Virus record (IMG/VR): IMGVR_UViG_3300023210_000016
Source of the DNA: a virus
Taxonomy: Duplodnaviria; Heunggongvirae; Uroviricota; Caudoviricetes
Reading direction: 5' to 3' (one strand)
DNA: 15,744 bases
Positions within the stretch are counted from its first letter, which is position 1. The number at the start of each line of letters is the position of its first letter. Both the position numbers and the translations under genes were made by a program. This document shows positions 13,094-15,744 of this stretch, in pieces. Below the pieces are notes generated by a model that was not told where the DNA came from, searched no databases, and was given only the letters and a program-made list of their open reading frames with translations.

Positions 13094-13979
13094 GTTCTGG
13101 TCATACAAGAGTGCTCCAGAAGCTCTCACAGACGCTCTACGGCTCTCTGAGGGCATGACTTACAAGAATTCTTTGGCTGGGCTTGATCTCGGCGGGGGAA
13201 AAGCTGTAATCAACCTTCAAGACACGGAAAAGACTCCAGAATTGCTTCGTGCATACGGGGAAGTGGTTGATAGCTTGGGCGGCACATACATCACAGCAGA
13301 AGATGTCGGGTGTAAACCGGGCGATCTCGAAATCATCGCAGAAACCACCAAACACACTGTTAATCCACGAGTTGGTGATCCAAGTCCTGCAACTTCATAT
13401 GGCGTATTGAAGGCCATGGAAGGTGCGTTGATGGTTCACAAGCAATATCCTTCATTCAAAGGTATTCGAGTGATGGTCCAAGGACTCGGCAATGTTGGTT
13501 TTGGACTATGTGAGATGTTGATGCAGAAGGGCGCAATGGTATATGGCTCAGATATCAATCCGGAAGCGGTGCAACGTGCGTCAGATGCCGGTGTATCGAT
13601 TGTTCATCAGGCTCACATGTTTGATGGCATATATGATGTATATGCTCCGTGTGCGTTAGGCGCAACCGTGAATGATGCTTCTATTAGGATGATGAAAATA
13701 GATATTATCTGCGGTTCAGCGAACAATCAATTGGAAACACCTGAATTGGCCCGAGTATTGAAGGCCAAAGGCATTACGTATGTTCCTGATTATCTGGCTA
13801 ATGCTGGTGGAGTGATTAATTGCTATCGTGAGTTCGGCATGGTTCCTACTGATTTCCATACTGCAGCAATCATTGATGGAATCTATCATAGAACTGTGAA
13901 GTGTTTGAAGGATGCAAACAGAGAAGCCACCACGTCAACTGCAATAGCTGATGCGATGGCTTTATCTAGATTGACTTAA
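12966..13979 (+). CDS. ldh: Glu/Leu/Phe/Val dehydrogenase family, leucine-dehydrogenase-like (337 aa)
   Basis: Motifs AIHST.LGP.LGGTR, GMTYKN, LGGGKAVI, YITAEDVG, GDPSP.T..GV, QGLGNVG (GxGxxG), APCALG, GSANNQL and YVPDYLANAGGVI. SD is AAGGAG. Confidence 0.93.
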   Translation: MEIRELTVDTHEKVIHATDSKSGLDCYIAIHSTKLGPSLGGTRFWSYKSAPEALTDALRLSEGMTYKNSLAGLDLGGGKAVINLQDTEKTPELLRAYGEVVDSLGGTYITAEDVGCKPGDLEIIAETTKHTVNPRVGDPSPATSYGVLKAMEGALMVHKQYPSFKGIRVMVQGLGNVGFGLCEMLMQKGAMVYGSDINPEAVQRASDAGVSIVHQAHMFDGIYDVYAPCALGATVNDASIRMMKIDIICGSANNQLETPELARVLKAKGITYVPDYLANAGGVINCYREFGMVPTDFHTAAIIDGIYHRTVKCLKDANREATTSTAIADAMALSRLT

Positions 13980-14536
13980 CACTCTTTGTGGTAAAAAAGG
14001 TGTTCGCCCTCTTTGGTAGCAAATTTCATTTGTTTGCGCCACGAGGGTTTAACATAATCCGCGTGATAGTGGGTGATCAACCATTTATCCGGGACGCCAA
14101 CATCTACTTCAAACGTGTCATCCCATAATTGTCTGTACACAATGCTAGCAATTGACAGCGCAGTGTTCCATGCATGCCTCTCGCGGACTTTATCGGATTT
14201 CCCATCCAGTGTCCATGAGAATTGTGAGATATATCTACGCTTCTTTTTGACCCATTTCTTTTGCCAAACGACATCATAGATATTATCGGGATACGCTTCG
14301 CATCTGGCTCTGGCGACGGTGACCTGTGCCACCAAGAATTGCCCCTTCACCGATTGATCTCGTGCTTCGAAATAGATGTTGCATGCCAAGTGGCCGATCT
14401 GGTCTGTTTTATCGAGTTTTTCACAGTTCACAATGGATGGTTTAGCATCCGCAACTGCTACAAAGATCACAGCGATAATGGCTGACAAGCAGAACGTATA
14501 AATCACGGATGCGATGGCTTGTGAGATTTTATTCAT
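13976..14536 (-). CDS. Cell-wall hydrolase, SleB/CwlJ (Hydrolase_2) family, with an N-terminal signal or anchor (186 aa)
   Basis: Motifs LACNIYFEARDQS.KGQ..VAQV, QFSW and THYHADYVKPSW...IGEHLFY-like (KEGEHLFY). The start was moved to ATG 14536 because the track's 106-aa extension overlaps the upstream gene. Confidence 0.9.
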   Translation of the reverse strand: MNKISQAIASVIYTFCLSAIIAVIFVAVADAKPSIVNCEKLDKTDQIGHLACNIYFEARDQSVKGQFLVAQVTVARARCEAYPDNIYDVVWQKKWVKKKRRYISQFSWTLDGKSDKVRERHAWNTALSIASIVYRQLWDDTFEVDVGVPDKWLITHYHADYVKPSWRKQMKFATKEGEHLFYHKEC

Positions 14537-14891
14537 CAAGTTGATCCAATGCCCATTCAATGACTTCACCCAAACCGGCACCGCCATTGTAGAATTGCAA
14601 CACAACATCAAGGTTTCCATCGTCGTCTTTGGTCGCTTGAACGATGTCATCGTCTTTTGAGTTAACACATTTCCGGAGATCATACAAATCGTCACGTGCG
14701 ACTTCGAACTCTTTGTAATGCTCTTCGAGCAAGCTGTTATCGTACTTGTCATTGAAGTAGAATTCCTTTTCAGGCAGACCAAGTTCAGCACGAAGTGCCA
14801 TATATGTTCGGCGGCAAACATCTTCCAATGTTTCTTGGTCTTGCTTTTTGACAAGAATCATCTTGCCTACCCATGTTTCAGTTGTACTCAT
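14529..14891 (-). CDS. Phage hypothetical protein (120 aa)
   Basis: ATG 14891 with a GGAG SD, 2 nt after the upstream stop. C-terminal FYNGGAGLGE motif. Confidence 0.75.
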   Translation of the reverse strand: MSTTETWVGKMILVKKQDQETLEDVCRRTYMALRAELGLPEKEFYFNDKYDNSLLEEHYKEFEVARDDLYDLRKCVNSKDDDIVQATKDDDGNLDVVLQFYNGGAGLGEVIEWALDQLDE

Positions 14892-14893
14892 TT

Positions 14894-15145
14894 TTAGCTC
14901 CATTCTGCTTCGTTGGCGGCGAGTGCGCGGTTTACATCAAGCTTGGCTTCATCGGACAGTAACTTCCAACCGTATTTTGTGAGTTCGAACGTTACTTCTC
15001 CGGGGCATTCGCCGCGATCTGCACCGTCATAAAGTGGGACGCATTTGTTCCACAATTCACTGTATGTGTCCCGTGAAACGTTGAGACATTCGGCAATACT
15101 ATCGGCACTCCAAAAGGCGGCTGCTTCGTGTGGTTTAATTGTCAT
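14894..15145 (-). CDS. Hypothetical protein (83 aa)
   Basis: ATG 15145 with a GGGAG SD, 2 nt after the upstream stop. Confidence 0.75.
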   Translation of the reverse strand: MTIKPHEAAAFWSADSIAECLNVSRDTYSELWNKCVPLYDGADRGECPGEVTFELTKYGWKLLSDEAKLDVNRALAANEAEWS

Positions 15146-15147
15146 TT

Positions 15148-15438
15148 TTACTTCTCCCGTACCCAAAAAAATGAATTCTTTGCGGCGTTGCGAAATTCAA
15201 AAGTGAACCAATCGTCAACCTTGCCCTGTATGGCGAAAGGATCAACTCCGGAGTAACCGATCATGACATCCATGGCGGTCCACTCTGAATCGCCCATGCA
15301 ATGACCAATGAACACTGGCGCACCATCTTCTTCCAAAATCACCGGCACCATATCATCGAACTTTGGTGGGTTAGCTTTCGCGACTTCTAATGCTTTAGTC
15401 GCCATTGTCACCTTCGAGACGAACGCTTCGTTAATCAT
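15148..15438 (-). CDS. Hypothetical protein (96 aa)
   Basis: AGGAG SD; first gene after the sigma70-like promoter. Confidence 0.8.
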   Translation of the reverse strand: MINEAFVSKVTMATKALEVAKANPPKFDDMVPVILEEDGAPVFIGHCMGDSEWTAMDVMIGYSGVDPFAIQGKVDDWFTFEFRNAAKNSFFWVREK

Positions 15439-15472
15439 CGGGTATCTCCTGTTTGTTTCTTTCTACAATTAG

Positions 15473-15500
15473 AGTTTACCACACATACACTATGCGTCAA
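15473..15500 (-). promoter_or_regulatory. Sigma70-like (early) promoter
   Basis: TTGACG (15500-15495), a 16-nt spacer ending in TG-G (extended -10), then TAAACT (15478-15473). The site is intergenic. Confidence 0.65.
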
Positions 15501-15503
15501 GCT

Positions 15504-15744
15504 TTATTTCCTAAAAACTTCGTAATTGAACTTATCGAAGTCATAATACGTGATGGTCATGAACTTACGAATGCCCGTAACCGTTACCAGCCGGTAGCTA
15601 CCGGACGATCCCAAGGCGATGAAATCACCAATTACAACATCACGCTGAAAACAAGGGTAAGTCAAAATGACGTAGTTTTTCTCGCGATCAACCCAACCAT
15701 CATCGGGATGCATAGCCGCGATATTGTAGTTATCGCAATAAAAT
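15504..15744 (-). CDS. Hypothetical protein, 5' end probably outside the window
   Basis: The frame is open upstream of the track's ATG 15713 to the window edge (FYCDNYNIAAMHPDDG...). Confidence 0.6.
   Translation of the reverse strand, partial: FYCDNYNIAAMHPDDGWVDREKNYVILTYPCFQRDVVIGDFIALGSSGSYRLVTVTGIRKFMTITYYDFDKFNYEVFRK

Noticed and set aside
14537-14854. 106-aa N-terminal extension of the cell-wall hydrolase in the ORF track
   Set aside because: It overlaps the well-supported 14529-14891 gene in another frame. ATG 14536 gives a signal-like N-terminus and a normal overlap.
15165-15171. U7 run whose -1 frame joins 15148-15438 to 14894-15145
   Set aside because: The downstream gene has its own ATG with a GGGAG SD 2 nt after the stop, so ordinary coupling explains it.
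1-15744. Stop-codon reassignment (alternative genetic code), tRNA or rRNA genes
   Set aside because: TAA, TGA and TAG all end well-tiled genes under the standard code. No cloverleaf or rRNA-like segment was seen, and the intergenic gaps are too short or otherwise explained.

Overview
This window reads as part of a large, T4-like or jumbo tailed-phage genome, probably infecting a Proteobacterium. That call is an inference from dense, tightly coupled ORFs (nearly all on the minus strand), AGGAG-type Shine-Dalgarno (SD) sites, T4-late-like TAAATA motifs, an IbpA-type Hsp20 and a ROSE-like leader. Recognisable genes are a MotA/TolQ/ExbB-family channel with an ExbD-like partner and a third membrane gene, hsp20, ribosomal protein bS21, a LamG lectin-domain protein, a HExxH protein, a Leu/Phe/Val dehydrogenase on the plus strand and a SleB/CwlJ-type cell-wall hydrolase. 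There is also a membrane-anchored coiled-coil ORF that joins a Val/Glu/Lys/Pro repeat ORF through a -1 shift at an A9 run, plus many small hypothetical genes, including a five-member paralogue family. The most striking signals are translational: a three-hairpin ROSE-like thermometer on hsp20, a 44-nt intergenic hairpin that hides an SD and carries a late-promoter motif at its apex, the A9 slippery site, apparently leaderless late genes and a complex leader in front of the dehydrogenase. Several starts were moved relative to the ORF track, and three ORFs missing from the track were added. No tRNA, rRNA, CRISPR array or mobile element was seen. All family calls come from motifs recognised by eye, with no database search.
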